Shown piece after piece: positions 19,281 to 29,261 of a stretch of DNA of 64,000 nucleotides. Where the stretch lies: NCBI GenBank assembly GCA_017631085.1, contig JAGBTY010000047.1:5302-69301 (forward strand). The letters run 5' to 3'. How positions within the stretch are numbered: the stretch's first letter is position 1; each line of letters opens with the position of its first letter. A program made the position numbers and the translations under genes. The DNA is from Clostridia bacterium. GTDB taxonomy: Bacteria > Bacillota > Clostridia > Oscillospirales > CAG-272. The notes under the pieces were generated by a model, which made no database searches, was not told where the DNA came from, and saw nothing but the letters and a program-made list of their open reading frames with translations.

Positions 19281-20306
19281 ATGAACAAGGAATTTTTCAT
19301 AGCACTTGACCTTCTTGAAAAGGAAAAGGGAATACCCAAGGAATATATGCTTGAAAAGATAGAGGCAGCTCTTCTTTCTGCATTGAAAAAGGAATATGGA
19401 AACAGCACGATGATGAGAATATCCATCGATCCCGTAAAAGAGGATATGAGAGTATATCTTCAGAAAGAGGTAGTCGAGGAGGTAACCAATCCACAGTGCG
19501 AAATATCTCTTGAGGAGGCAAAGGCGATCAGCCGCAGAAACACTCTTGGAAAGATAGTTGAGACTGAGGTTAAGCCCAAGAACTTCCGCCGCCTCAGTGC
19601 CGCTGCAGCGAAGTCTGTTATTATTCAGGGTATACGAGAGGGCGAGAGAAAGGTCATGCAGGATGCTTATGAAAGCAAACGTGAGGAGATCATTACCGCA
19701 ACTGTCAGCAAGGTGGATCCTATAAACGGTAACGTAGTTCTCGAAACGGGAACCAGCCACGCAGTACTTCTTAAGAGTGAACAGATACCCGAAGAGGAAT
19801 TTTTTGTAGGCGATAAGATAAAGGTCTTCGTTCAGGAAGTAAACAGAGAGGCAAGAGGACCTCTTGTAACTCTTTCAAGAGTTCACCCCGGTCTTGTTCG
19901 CCGTATGTTCGAACTTGAAGTTCCTGAAATTCAGGATGGAATAGTTATCGTAAAGGGCGTTGCGCGTGAGGCAGGCTCAAGAACAAAGATAGCAGTAATG
20001 TCCAGAGAAGAGGACGTTGACGCAGTAGGAGCATGTATCGGTACTCACGGAATGAGAATCGGCGGTATCGTTGAGGAGCTCAAGGGCGAGAAGATAGATA
20101 TAGTAAAGTATAGCGAGACACCTGAAGAATATGTAGCGGCGGCTCTTGCTCCCGCTGAAGTCAAGTCGGTCACATTTACCGACGACAGAGCTTGCAAGGT
20201 AATAGTAGACAGTGATCAGCTTTCTCTTGCTATCGGTAAGGAAGGTCAGAACGCACGTCTTGCAGCACGTCTTACAGGTTTTAAGATAGACATAAAGTCC
20301 GAATAA
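19281..20306 (+). CDS. nusA: Transcription termination/antitermination factor NusA
   Basis: 341 aa with NTD, S1 and two KH domains (AIGKEGQNARLAARLTG). Confidence 0.96.
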   Translation: MNKEFFIALDLLEKEKGIPKEYMLEKIEAALLSALKKEYGNSTMMRISIDPVKEDMRVYLQKEVVEEVTNPQCEISLEEAKAISRRNTLGKIVETEVKPKNFRRLSAAAAKSVIIQGIREGERKVMQDAYESKREEIITATVSKVDPINGNVVLETGTSHAVLLKSEQIPEEEFFVGDKIKVFVQEVNREARGPLVTLSRVHPGLVRRMFELEVPEIQDGIVIVKGVAREAGSRTKIAVMSREEDVDAVGACIGTHGMRIGGIVEELKGEKIDIVKYSETPEEYVAAALAPAEVKSVTFTDDRACKVIVDSDQLSLAIGKEGQNARLAARLTGFKIDIKSE

Positions 20307-20328
20307 TAACATAGGCTTTGTTAAATTT

Positions 20329-20613
20329 ATGGAACAGAATGGCAAGGTGAAAAAGACACCCGAAAGACAGTGTCTTGGTTGTAATGAACACAAGCCGAAG
20401 GCAAGTCTTCTTCGTGTCGTAAGGACTCCCGACGGTCAGGCATTACTTGATTTTACGGGAAAGAAATCGGGAAGAGGTGCTTATATCTGTCGTGACATAA
20501 AATGCTTAAGACGGGCAAGAAAGTCAAAAAGGATAGATAAGAATCTTGATATTGTAATTCCCGAGGAAGTATACGACAGAATGGAGTCGGAGCTTCTGGA
20601 ATCGGGAGACTGA
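20329..20613 (+). CDS. ylxR: YlxR/RnpM family RNA-binding protein (DUF448)
   Basis: 94 aa. RQCLGC...LLRVV...GRGAYIC motif. Located between nusA and infB. Confidence 0.88.
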   Translation: MEQNGKVKKTPERQCLGCNEHKPKASLLRVVRTPDGQALLDFTGKKSGRGAYICRDIKCLRRARKSKRIDKNLDIVIPEEVYDRMESELLESGD

Positions 20614-20617
20614 CGGT

Positions 20618-20938
20618 ATGACTGAAAAAGAAAAAAAACTCTTGTCGTCGCTTGGAATATGTGCCAAGGCGGGAAGGGTGATATTCGGAGTGCCGCTCAT
20701 ATGCGAAGCAATGCGTAAGGGTGGTGCTAAAAGACCGCTTATAGTGGTCGAAGCTTCCGATACTTCGGAAAACACGCACAAGAGAATAACCGATAAATGT
20801 GCGTATTATAATGTAAAGCATTGCAGGATCTCGGTGGACAGCGAAGGACTCTCGGCGGCACTTGGTAAAATCGGTGTCGTTGCAGCGGTAGCTGTGACCG
20901 ATGAACAGCTCACTATTTTGGTTGAAAAAAATCTCTGA
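20618..20938 (+). CDS. ylxQ: L7Ae-family RNA-binding protein (YlxQ-like)
   Basis: 106 aa. [17 protein letters not shown]...[11 protein letters not shown]. Canonical position before infB. Confidence 0.8.
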   Translation: MTEKEKKLLSSLGICAKAGRVIFGVPLICEAMRKGGAKRPLIVVEASDTSENTHKRITDKCAYYNVKHCRISVDSEGLSAALGKIGVVAAVAVTDEQLTILVEKNL

Positions 20939-20999
20939 CACAGACGGCGAAACCAAATCCAAGGAAAGGAAGTCTCCTTATAGAGACACGGTAGGAAAA

Positions 21000-23894
21000 A
21001 TGGCAGTAAATCAGACATCAAATTTATTAAAGATAACACAGCTCTCTAAAGATCTGAATATGAAAAGCAAGGATATTTCGGAGATATTGAGTACCAAGGG
21101 GGTAGCCATGAAATCTCAGGCGCAAATGAAGCCTGAAGAATTCGAGGTGTTATTTGAAACGCTTACAAAGGAAAATCAGATAACCAATATTGAGGACTAT
21201 CTTGACGGTATAACCTATATTCCGTCCAAAAAGCCTTCGTCAGCTCCAAAGGCAAAGACCGAGGCGGAAAAGCCCGATCCAAAGCCCGAAGAAGATAAAA
21301 CGGAGGCAAAGTCAGAGGTGGCTCACGTGGAGGAAAAGGTCAATAAAGTCGAAACTGCCGAAAAGACTGTAAAAGCCGAGGAGACGGCAAATAAACCCTT
21401 CGAAAAGAAGGAAGAAAAGAAGCCCGAGAAGAAGGAGACTGTCGATAGTGTCAGAACGGCAGAGGTCGTAGAAAAGAAGACCGAAAAAGCTCCTGAGGTA
21501 GATAAGAAGATCGCTGTTGAATCTCAGAAAAAGTTTGAGGATCGTCCCAAGGATAAAAAGCCTGAATATACGAAGCCTGCAGGCTCAAATCAAGGTGCTG
21601 ACCGTTTTCAGAGAAACGGACAGTTCGGAAACAGAGGCGAATTTCAGCAAGGACGTGACTTTGGGGGTAGACCTGCACAGAATGGTCAGGGAGGTTTCCA
21701 GCAGAAGCCTTTTGGTCAGCAGCAGAGACCACAGGGAGGAGCTCCTTTTGGTAACCAGCGCCCCACGGCTCAAAATCATAGACCTCAACCTAAAAAGGAT
21801 ATGGGATTTGGTGGAGCTTGGGATAAAGAAGACAGACAGCAGAACGCACCGAGAGAGAAGTTCAAGCCCCAGCCTATCGTTCGTTCTCAAACGGTTAAAG
21901 GTGACGAAGCACCCAAGCAGAGAGGCACTACTCGTGTTGTAGATATGAGAGCAGAATCGTTCGATCTTTCAAAGTATGATGAGAGACTTGATAATTTTGT
22001 TCCTGAATCGGTAGCAGACGACAGAGGCGGTAACCAGAGAGTAAAAAAACAAGCTCCCGCAAACCGTATGCAGTCTCAGGGTGGATTTAACAATCAGAAA
22101 AACAACAAGGCAAAGGGTAAGAAGAGCGCTCAACCTGTTACAAAAGCGCCTATCAGTGTAACCCTTCCCGATGAAATAGTCGTAAGCGAGCTGGCTTCAA
22201 GGCTTAAGGTGACATCCTCTGAGGTAGTAAAGCGTTTGATGCTTCTCGGTATGATGGTTACGGTAAACCAGACGGTAGATTACGATACAGCTGCTATCGT
22301 TGCCGACGAGATGGGAATTGCAACCACCAAAGAGGTAGTTGTGACCATAGAAGAAGAGCTCTTTGAGGACGAAGTCGATAGCGAAGACGCACTTCTTCCC
22401 AGAGCTCCAGTCGTATGTGTAATGGGACACGTTGACCACGGTAAGACCTCTATACTTGATGCTATCCGTCACACGAGAGTTACATCGGGTGAGGCGGGTG
22501 GAATTACCCAGCATATAGGTGCGTACAGAGTAAAGGTCAATGGAAATGATATAACCTTCCTTGACACTCCCGGCCACGAAGCGTTTACAGCAATGAGAGC
22601 AAGAGGTGCTCAAGCCACCGATATTGCAATACTTGTTGTTGCGGCGGACGACGGAATAATGCCCCAGACAATTGAGGCTATAAATCACGCAAAGGCAGCG
22701 GGAATTGACATAGTGGTTGCTATCAACAAGATGGATAAACCTACTGCAAATCCCGAAAATATAAAGCAAGAGCTTACAAAGTACGATCTTGTTCCTGAAG
22801 AATGGGGCGGAGACGTTATTTGCGTTCCCGTGTCAGCACTTACGGGACAGGGAATCGACGATCTTCTTGAAAGCGTTCTTCTCGTTGCCGAGGTCAAGGA
22901 GCTCAAGGCAAATCCCGCAAGACGCGCTAAAGGTATCGTAATCGAAGCGAAGCTTGATAAGGGTAGAGGTCCTGTTGCTACGGTTCTCGTTCAGAACGGT
23001 ACACTTCACAATGGAGATATCGTTATTGCAGGTACGGCGGTTGGCCGTGTAAGAGCTATGACCGACGACAAGGGTAGAAACGTTAAGGAAGCAAAGCCTT
23101 CCGTACCCGTTGAGATAATAGGACTTGCGGAAGTTCCTTCCTCGGGTGACGAGTTTAATGCGGTTGAGGATGAAAGAATGGCAAGAACACTTGCAGATCA
23201 GCGTCGTGAAAAGGCGAAGGAGGAAGTGTTCAAGGCTAATGCGAGAGCAAACCTGAATGATCTCTTTGCACAGATCGCAGAGGGTGTTAAGGAGCTTAAT
23301 ATTATCGTTAAGGCAGACGTTGGAGGCTCGGCTGAAGCAGTTAAGCAGTCTCTTGAAAAGATCTCCAATGAAGAAGTCAAGGTGCGTGTTATTCATGCTG
23401 CGGCAGGTGGAATACGTGAGGGTGATGTTACCTTTGCGGCTGCATCCAATGCTATTATCGTTGGATTTAACGTTCGTCCTGACAAGGCGGCTCTTGACAG
23501 TGCAGAGAGACAGAACGTTGATATCCGTACCTACCGTGTAATTTATGACTGTATCAACGAGATCACCGACGCTATGAAGGGTATGCTTGCTCCCGAGTTC
23601 AAGGAAAATCTCCTTGGTCACGCAGAGGTCAGACAGACCATTCACGTTCCTAACGTTGGAACTATTGCAGGTTCTTATGTTCAGGACGGTAAGATAACCA
23701 GAGCGTCTATGATAAGAGTCGTCCGTGACGGTGTTGTTATATTCGAGGATAAGATCTCCTCGCTCCGTCGATTCAAGGATGACGTCAAGGAAGTCGCAAC
23801 AGGCTACGAATGTGGCGTAGGTCTTGAGAAGTTCAACGACATCAAGGTTGGTGACGTGCTTGAGGCTTATATCATGGAAGAGATCGAAAGATAA
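21000..23894 (+). CDS. infB: Translation initiation factor IF-2
   Basis: GTPase motifs [18 protein letters not shown]. The IF2_N-like segment [21 protein letters not shown] follows directly after the ATG at 21000. The track start at 20901 overlaps ylxQ and is rejected. Confidence 0.96.
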   Translation: MAVNQTSNLLKITQLSKDLNMKSKDISEILSTKGVAMKSQAQMKPEEFEVLFETLTKENQITNIEDYLDGITYIPSKKPSSAPKAKTEAEKPDPKPEEDKTEAKSEVAHVEEKVNKVETAEKTVKAEETANKPFEKKEEKKPEKKETVDSVRTAEVVEKKTEKAPEVDKKIAVESQKKFEDRPKDKKPEYTKPAGSNQGADRFQRNGQFGNRGEFQQGRDFGGRPAQNGQGGFQQKPFGQQQRPQGGAPFGNQRPTAQNHRPQPKKDMGFGGAWDKEDRQQNAPREKFKPQPIVRSQTVKGDEAPKQRGTTRVVDMRAESFDLSKYDERLDNFVPESVADDRGGNQRVKKQAPANRMQSQGGFNNQKNNKAKGKKSAQPVTKAPISVTLPDEIVVSELASRLKVTSSEVVKRLMLLGMMVTVNQTVDYDTAAIVADEMGIATTKEVVVTIEEELFEDEVDSEDALLPRAPVVCVMGHVDHGKTSILDAIRHTRVTSGEAGGITQHIGAYRVKVNGNDITFLDTPGHEAFTAMRARGAQATDIAILVVAADDGIMPQTIEAINHAKAAGIDIVVAINKMDKPTANPENIKQELTKYDLVPEEWGGDVICVPVSALTGQGIDDLLESVLLVAEVKELKANPARRAKGIVIEAKLDKGRGPVATVLVQNGTLHNGDIVIAGTAVGRVRAMTDDKGRNVKEAKPSVPVEIIGLAEVPSSGDEFNAVEDERMARTLADQRREKAKEEVFKANARANLNDLFAQIAEGVKELNIIVKADVGGSAEAVKQSLEKISNEEVKVRVIHAAAGGIREGDVTFAAASNAIIVGFNVRPDKAALDSAERQNVDIRTYRVIYDCINEITDAMKGMLAPEFKENLLGHAEVRQTIHVPNVGTIAGSYVQDGKITRASMIRVVRDGVVIFEDKISSLRRFKDDVKEVATGYECGVGLEKFNDIKVGDVLEAYIMEEIER

Positions 23895-23911
23895 TATAAA
23901 TTATAAAAAAT

Positions 23912-23939
23912 AAAGACCTCGGAATTTTCCGAGGTCTTT
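23912..23939. terminator. Bidirectional intrinsic terminator between infB and ygiQ
   Basis: AAAGACCTCGG-AATTTT-CCGAGGTCTTT with A-rich and T-rich flanks. Confidence 0.85.
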
Positions 23940-23942
23940 ATT

Positions 23943-25874
23943 TTATCTCTTTTTACCCGCGTGTCTTTTGGGGCTTGCGGGTTTATTTTTGTTTTGTGTA
24001 TGTGTTGAGCGCTTTTTATCGGTATATTTGCCGTTCTGCCTTTTTGCCTGCGGTTTGTGCGTCGTTGTTCTCGTAGGTGCTTCGGGGCGAACGAGGCAAT
24101 CGGGGGTGTTTCCGATAAGGTCTTCTCTGTGAAGCTTTATCAGTGCTTCACGGACAAGAGGAGCGTTGTCGGGACGGTTATACTGAAGAAGAGCTCTTTG
24201 GAGCTGCTTTTCATGATAATCGGTGGCAACGTACACCTTCTTCATGGTCATGGGGTCTATTCCTGTTCGGAACATTACCGTAGAGGCAGTTCCGGGAGTA
24301 GGATAATAATCCTGAACCTGCTCGGGAGCATAGTGATGGCGCTTAAGACAGAGCGCAAGCTCAAGGGCATCTCCCAGCGTCGAACCGGGGTGGCTCGACA
24401 TAAGATAGGGAACGAGATACTGCTCCTTGCCAAGCTCCTTGGTTATTTTAAAGAATTTATCTCTGAAGCTTTCGTAAACGTCAAAGCTCGGCTTACCCAT
24501 GCAACTAAGGACAGGAAGTGAGCAATGCTCGGGGGCGACCTTGAGCTGACCGCTGACATTATCTCGGACGAGCTTTCTGAAAAAGGCATCGCTCTTATCG
24601 AGCATAAGATAGTCGAAGCGGATACCCGAACGGATAAATACTTTTTTGATGCGGGGGAGCTTTTCTATCTCCTCTATCATTTTCATGTATTCGGTGTGGT
24701 CTGCCTTTATATTTTTGCAAGGAGTGGGAGCGAGACATTTTCTCGACGAGCATACACCGTCACGAAGCTGCTTGTCGCAGGCAGGGTATCTGAAGTTTGC
24801 CGTAGGGCCTCCCACATCATGTATATATCCCTTAAAGTCGGGAAGAGCAGATATTTTCTTGGCTTCCTCAACCACGCTTTCGATACTGCGCGAGCGGACG
24901 GTTCGTCCTTGGTGAAAGGCGAGAGCGCAGAAATTACAAGCGCCAAAGCATCCTCTGTTGTGAGTTATTGAAAATCTCACTTCAGCGATAGCGGGTACTC
25001 CACCGTCCTTTTCATATATTGGATGATAGGTACGCATATAGGGAAGTGCGTATACTCTGTCAAGCTCCTCACGTTCAAGTGGGGGCATGGGGGGATTCTG
25101 AACGAGTATCTTTGAGTCGTATCTCTCGACTATTGCCTTGCCGTTTATCGAATCTTGATTTTTATACTGTACGCCGAAAGCTTCGGCGTATTTTTTATTG
25201 TCGTTTTTGAGCTCGTTGTAGTCAAATTCTGCCGCTACTTCAAAGTGAAGCTTGTCTTCTGGGTGACAGAGATAGGCCGTTCCTCTTACGTCACGTATTT
25301 TTTTTATAGGTACTCCCTTATCAAGCAGAGTAGCGATTCGGAGCAGAATATTTTCTCCCATGCCGTAGGTCAGTATGTCTGCACGTGAGTCTACGAGAAT
25401 CGAGCGACGTATGGAGTCAGACCAATAATCGTAATGCGCGAAACGGCGCAGTGAGGCTTCAAGGCCACCTATAATTATCGGTACGTCACCAAAGGCTTCG
25501 CGTATTCTATTACAGTAGACGATAGTTGCTCTGTCAGGTCGTTTGCCTATCTTTCCGCCTGGTGAGTAGTAGTCGCTTGTTCTTTTTTTCTTCGCTGCAG
25601 TATAGTGTGCTACCATAGAGTCAATATTTCCTGCAGTTACGAGAAAACCAAGTCGTGGACGACCGTATTCGCGAAAGGCATCCGCACTTTTGTAGTCGGG
25701 TTGAGAAAGAATGGCTACACGGAAGCCTGCTGCCTCAAGCACTCTGGATATTATAGAAACTCCAAAGGACGGGTGGTCTACGTATGCGTCTCCCGTGACG
25801 TATACGAAATCCGGTCTGTCCCACCCCTTTTCTATCATTTCCTGTTTAGATATTGGAAGAAATCCGTCTGCCAT
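23943..25874 (-). CDS. ygiQ: YgiQ-family (UPF0313) radical SAM protein
   Basis: 643 aa. N-terminal DAYVDHPSFG, radical SAM cluster CFGACNFC, basic C-terminal tail. Confidence 0.88.
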   Translation of the reverse strand: MADGFLPISKQEMIEKGWDRPDFVYVTGDAYVDHPSFGVSIISRVLEAAGFRVAILSQPDYKSADAFREYGRPRLGFLVTAGNIDSMVAHYTAAKKKRTSDYYSPGGKIGKRPDRATIVYCNRIREAFGDVPIIIGGLEASLRRFAHYDYWSDSIRRSILVDSRADILTYGMGENILLRIATLLDKGVPIKKIRDVRGTAYLCHPEDKLHFEVAAEFDYNELKNDNKKYAEAFGVQYKNQDSINGKAIVERYDSKILVQNPPMPPLEREELDRVYALPYMRTYHPIYEKDGGVPAIAEVRFSITHNRGCFGACNFCALAFHQGRTVRSRSIESVVEEAKKISALPDFKGYIHDVGGPTANFRYPACDKQLRDGVCSSRKCLAPTPCKNIKADHTEYMKMIEEIEKLPRIKKVFIRSGIRFDYLMLDKSDAFFRKLVRDNVSGQLKVAPEHCSLPVLSCMGKPSFDVYESFRDKFFKITKELGKEQYLVPYLMSSHPGSTLGDALELALCLKRHHYAPEQVQDYYPTPGTASTVMFRTGIDPMTMKKVYVATDYHEKQLQRALLQYNRPDNAPLVREALIKLHREDLIGNTPDCLVRPEAPTRTTTHKPQAKRQNGKYTDKKRSTHTQNKNKPASPKRHAGKKR

Positions 25875-25950
25875 TTTTATTTTCTCCTTGCGAAAATCTG
25901 TACTTCATTTATTATAACAGAAAACTTATCGATTTGCAAGAAGAAAAACA

Positions 25951-25983
25951 AATATGGTTGGCCGAGGCTTCGGACAACCATAT
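25951..25983 (-). terminator. Intrinsic terminator after the small-ORF pair
   Basis: ATATGGTTGGCCGAGGCTTCGGACAACCATAT long hairpin, followed on the minus strand by TTGTTTTTCTTCTT. Confidence 0.7.
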
Positions 25984-26027
25984 TTTAAATCCCAAAGTAT
26001 CATTTCTTCTTTGGTTCTTTTTTTATT

Positions 26028-26090
26028 TTAAAAAATTTTCTGAGTATTGGAGCTAATACCGAGGGGGAACGCACGAGAACGACTTTCATG
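26028..26090 (-). CDS. Candidate 20 aa SpoVM-like amphipathic peptide (MKVVLVRSPSVLAPILRKIF)
   Basis: Below the ORF-track length cutoff. ATG at 26090 lies 6 nt after GGAGGTG. Compare B. subtilis SpoVM MKFYTIKLPKFLGGIVRAML (recalled): matches at M1, K2, V/I6, R/K7, P9, L12, I15, R17. A strong terminator hairpin follows at 25951-25983. Confidence 0.4.
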   Translation of the reverse strand, partial: HESRSRAFPLGISSNTQKIF

Positions 26091-26148
26091 AAAAACACCT
26101 CCGTTTGTCTGTGTGATTTGGATTTGATTATTTATCCTCGGGGTTTCT

Positions 26149-26310
26149 TTATCGGTGTCTGCGACCGAGAAGCAGGATACCTGCGGCAATCACCACGGCA
26201 GATTCTACGAACGCAAGAAGATAACCCGGAAGCAAAAAGGACAGCAGTATTCCTGCTCCAAAGCAAGCAGCACCGATACCTGCCACACGTCTTAAGTCAA
26301 TACGGCACAT
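26149..26310 (-). CDS. Candidate 53 aa small membrane protein
   Basis: Manual translation: MCRIDLRRVAGIGAACFGAGILLSFLLPGYLLAFVESAVVIAAGILLLGRRHR. RBS GGAGGTGAGG lies 5 nt before the ATG. Two hydrophobic helices with basic ends. Directly upstream of the SpoVM-like ORF. Confidence 0.45.
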   Translation of the reverse strand: MCRIDLRRVAGIGAACFGAGILLSFLLPGYLLAFVESAVVIAAGILLLGRRHR

Positions 26311-26341
26311 CTGCCTCACCTCCTATGCCTTGTTTATTAAA

Positions 26342-26367
26342 AGTATATGCGGGAAGTTTTCAGAAGT
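26342..26367 (-). promoter_or_regulatory. Candidate mother-cell sigma (SigK/SigE-like) promoter for the two small ORFs
   Basis: Minus strand reads AC - 16 nt - CATATACTT, against the SigK consensus AC-N16/17-CATAnnnTA. About 30 nt upstream of the 53 aa ORF start. Confidence 0.3.
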
Positions 26368-26456
26368 TTAATATCTTGGGTAAATTTTCGGATACGGACG
26401 GGCGTAGTTATCATATACATATAAATAACGTGAGAAAAGGTAGTGAGGGGATTGGT

Positions 26457-27626
26457 ATGAGTGCTATATGCGGAATAATTGAGCTATCGGGGAAAGCACC
26501 GAATTTTGATGAACTAAAAAAAATGGGCAAGGCGATGAGCTTTCGGAGCAGAGGAGATTTTGGAGCATATCTCGGAAAGGGTGTAGGTATTATACAAAGG
26601 GGAGAGAGTGAGAACGGTGAACTTCCTTTTATCGCTTCAAAAGGCGGTCATGCCTATGTGGTGGCATTTGACGGTGAACTTCAGAATATTTCATGCATAT
26701 GCTCTGTGGCAGGAATTTTTGACGGATTGTCCGACGAGGAGATAATTCTTGAGAGCTATCTTTGGGACGGACTTGACGTACTTGGATTCCTTGATGGAGA
26801 ATATGCTTTTTGTCTTTACGACTCCCATAGAAATCAGGTGATACTTGCAAGGGACGCGAGAGGTGGAAAGCCTCTTTACTATTATTATGACAAGGAAAGG
26901 CTATACTTTTCTTCGGAGATAAAGGCTCTTTTTTCGGTTGAGGGGATTGGTAAGTCGGTAGATGTAGCTCTGCTTGAGAGGCATATACTCGGTGAGGAAG
27001 ATATAGGGGGTAAGATATATAAAAACATAAAAGAATTGGGGACGGGTGAATGTGTAAGTGTTACTGGATTTGGAGTGAAGAATTTTTCGCTTAATCTTGG
27101 TGGTACTGATGGAAATTGTCTTGGTGTTTGCAGGGGAAAATACAAAGCAGAGTATATCCCGAGCCTTGAAGAGCTTTTGTTAGGTCTTGTGGTTGCTTAC
27201 GATTATCCCTTATTTGATATGGCGATACCGACGCTTGTATATGAGATAAATAAAAAAAACGCCGTTTTTATACCAAACGGCGTATGTGTGAGCGAGGTGG
27301 AGAGGAAATATTTTTATGAAAGAGCTGACAGACTCAGATATCTGCTTGATGGGATCAGCACCAAAAAAAGCACTGATATCAGAGAGAAGGTAAAGTCACC
27401 TAAACAACTTGAAAAGGAGTTATGTAATCTTTTCGACCAAATGGTCGGAGAAAACCGTGGGAACATTCTTCGGATCATGAAGCTGTTTGAGCGTGATATC
27501 AGCTCGGAGCTGAAAAAGGAGAAGGATATTGCCAAACGAATAGGTATAAGGGGCAGACTTTGTCAGCTTTGTATGTGGTCGGAGCTTTATTCTCCAATAT
27601 TCGAGTGCAGGTCGAGCTTGGAGTAG
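26457..27626 (+). CDS. Asparagine synthase (AsnB)-like class II glutamine amidotransferase domain protein with an atypical C-terminal half
   Basis: Start set at ATG 26457 (RBS GAGGGG 7 nt upstream). The N-terminal 200 aa are GATase-7-like (MSAICGII..., AFDGELQN, LDGEYAFCLYD, LARDARGGKPLYYY, FSSEIKAL). No SGGxDS PP-loop is visible in the C-terminal 190 aa. Confidence 0.7.
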   Translation: MSAICGIIELSGKAPNFDELKKMGKAMSFRSRGDFGAYLGKGVGIIQRGESENGELPFIASKGGHAYVVAFDGELQNISCICSVAGIFDGLSDEEIILESYLWDGLDVLGFLDGEYAFCLYDSHRNQVILARDARGGKPLYYYYDKERLYFSSEIKALFSVEGIGKSVDVALLERHILGEEDIGGKIYKNIKELGTGECVSVTGFGVKNFSLNLGGTDGNCLGVCRGKYKAEYIPSLEELLLGLVVAYDYPLFDMAIPTLVYEINKKNAVFIPNGVCVSEVERKYFYERADRLRYLLDGISTKKSTDIREKVKSPKQLEKELCNLFDQMVGENRGNILRIMKLFERDISSELKKEKDIAKRIGIRGRLCQLCMWSELYSPIFECRSSLE

Positions 27627-27630
27627 AAAG

Positions 27631-28251
27631 CTATACGCTTTCTACTATATATGCTCCGCCCTTGCGAATAGCGATAAGTGCGCAGTTGTCCACTATCTCA
27701 TTGGATACGGCGTACTGAAAATTCTTATCTATAGTGGCGTTGTTGAGAGGATATTTGCAACCCTTTATCTCAACACCGCGGAGCTTTTTTGTCCTTGCGA
27801 TGACCGATAGGTATCTGTAACCGCTTTTAGGTATCAGAACGCTTGCGTTTTCTATGTATCTTACCCTGTTTTTGCCGTCAGTCACAGTGCAGAATATTTT
27901 TCTCTCCCACATGTCCTCAAGTATGGCAAGATTAGACAGAGTGTGGTCGAGACGGCCGTCAAGACCGCCGATAATTATTATTTCTTCAGCGCCGTTCTTG
28001 ATCGCCGTATCGGTTGCAAGCTGTGTGTCGGTAAAATCCTTTTCGGCAGGAACTTTAAGCGTTTTAACACCACTCGGTACATCACTTTCATGAAGCGAAT
28101 CGAAGTCACCGAGAAGTATATCAGGGCGTACGCCCATAAGACGCGCGTTATTATATCCCGAATCGGCAGCAATTATCATGTCGCCTGACGCGGGATGCTC
28201 TGTAATGTTATCGGGATATATTCCTCCACCCGAATAAATAAAAGCTTTCAT
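27631..28251 (-). CDS. thiN: Thiamine diphosphokinase
   Basis: 206 aa. IIAADSG...LLGDFDS motif, C-terminal B1-binding domain. Downstream of rsgA as in Bacillus. Confidence 0.88.
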   Translation of the reverse strand: MKAFIYSGGGIYPDNITEHPASGDMIIAADSGYNNARLMGVRPDILLGDFDSLHESDVPSGVKTLKVPAEKDFTDTQLATDTAIKNGAEEIIIIGGLDGRLDHTLSNLAILEDMWERKIFCTVTDGKNRVRYIENASVLIPKSGYRYLSVIARTKKLRGVEIKGCKYPLNNATIDKNFQYAVSNEIVDNCALIAIRKGGAYIVESV

Positions 28252-28272
28252 AGTATAGTAGTACCTTTCACC

Positions 28273-29241
28273 TTATTTTTGAGTTTCCCATTTTTTTCGT
28301 GTTTTCAGTACCTCGTAAAGCTCGACGTAGCTCTCGTGTCTTGATTTAGGGATTTCTCCCGACCTGACTGCTTCAAGTATTGCGCACCCATCTTCTTTTG
28401 TATGAGTGCATTTTGTGTATCGGCAGCTGCCTATGTAGCGCCCGAACTCTCGCATAGTGCCGCAAAGTTCTTCCTTTTCGAAGAAATCAAAGCGCTTGAA
28501 GTCGAGCATAGAAAAGCCTGGGGTATCTGCTATATATCCGCACCTGTCCGTGTCGTCAAGAGGGAAGAGCTCCACGAGTCTCGTGGTATGTCTGCCTCGC
28601 TCTATCTTTCTGCTTATTTCAGATGTTGAGAGCTCAAGGTGAGGGAAGAGGCGGTTCATAAGAGTTGATTTTCCTATTCCCGAAGCTCCCGCAAAAGCAC
28701 CTGTTTTGCCGTTATGGAGATTTTCCTTTATAAAGGCATCGATGGGCTCGATCCCTCTGTTTTCATTTGCACTTACTGAAAAGCAGTGTAGACCTACTGC
28801 GGAGTATATATTATGAAGTCTTTCGGCTTCAGCCTCGTCAAGCTCTGATTTCGTTATGACGACTACGGGCTCAATGTGGTTATATTCGGCTATGGAAATA
28901 AGCTTGTCTACCGTGCTTAGTACAGGCATGGGAGAAGCCGCTGCCATTGTTACGAAAAGATAGTCGAGGTTTGCCATGGGTGGACGGATAAGCGAACAGG
29001 TGCGATCTGCGATATCGTCTATTACGTATCCTGCTGTCTCACCTCTCTCGGTCGATTGAATGTTCGAGTCGGGTGTAAGAAGGACGTTATCACCCGGAAG
29101 AGGTGTGATATTGCTGTGTCTGAAAGAGCCTCTGGCTCTGCATCTGACAAGAGTTGGAGAAGAATCCTCTCCCAATATTCTGACAGTATAGAGTCCACCG
29201 ACGCCTTTCAGTATTTTTCCGTAGTAAATGATGCTTTCCAT
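28273..29241 (-). CDS. rsgA: Ribosome small-subunit-dependent GTPase A (YloQ/CpgA)
   Basis: 322 aa. Circularly permuted GTPase (ITKSELD, GASGIGKSTL) and C-terminal zinc knuckle CRYTKCTHTKEDGC. Confidence 0.93.
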   Translation of the reverse strand: MESIIYYGKILKGVGGLYTVRILGEDSSPTLVRCRARGSFRHSNITPLPGDNVLLTPDSNIQSTERGETAGYVIDDIADRTCSLIRPPMANLDYLFVTMAAASPMPVLSTVDKLISIAEYNHIEPVVVITKSELDEAEAERLHNIYSAVGLHCFSVSANENRGIEPIDAFIKENLHNGKTGAFAGASGIGKSTLMNRLFPHLELSTSEISRKIERGRHTTRLVELFPLDDTDRCGYIADTPGFSMLDFKRFDFFEKEELCGTMREFGRYIGSCRYTKCTHTKEDGCAILEAVRSGEIPKSRHESYVELYEVLKTRKKWETQK

Positions 29242-29261
29242 AGTGTTACCTTTGTCCTTCT

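Noticed and set aside
22833-23645. 270 aa minus-strand ORF (and 22197-22769, 190 aa)
   Set aside because: Antisense to the conserved GTPase and C-terminal domains of infB.
26088-26456. N-terminal 123 aa extension of the AsnB-like ORF as given in the track
   Set aside because: No RBS at 26088. The extension overlaps two RBS-bearing minus-strand small ORFs and a terminator. The GATase domain begins exactly at the internal ATG at 26457, which has its own RBS.
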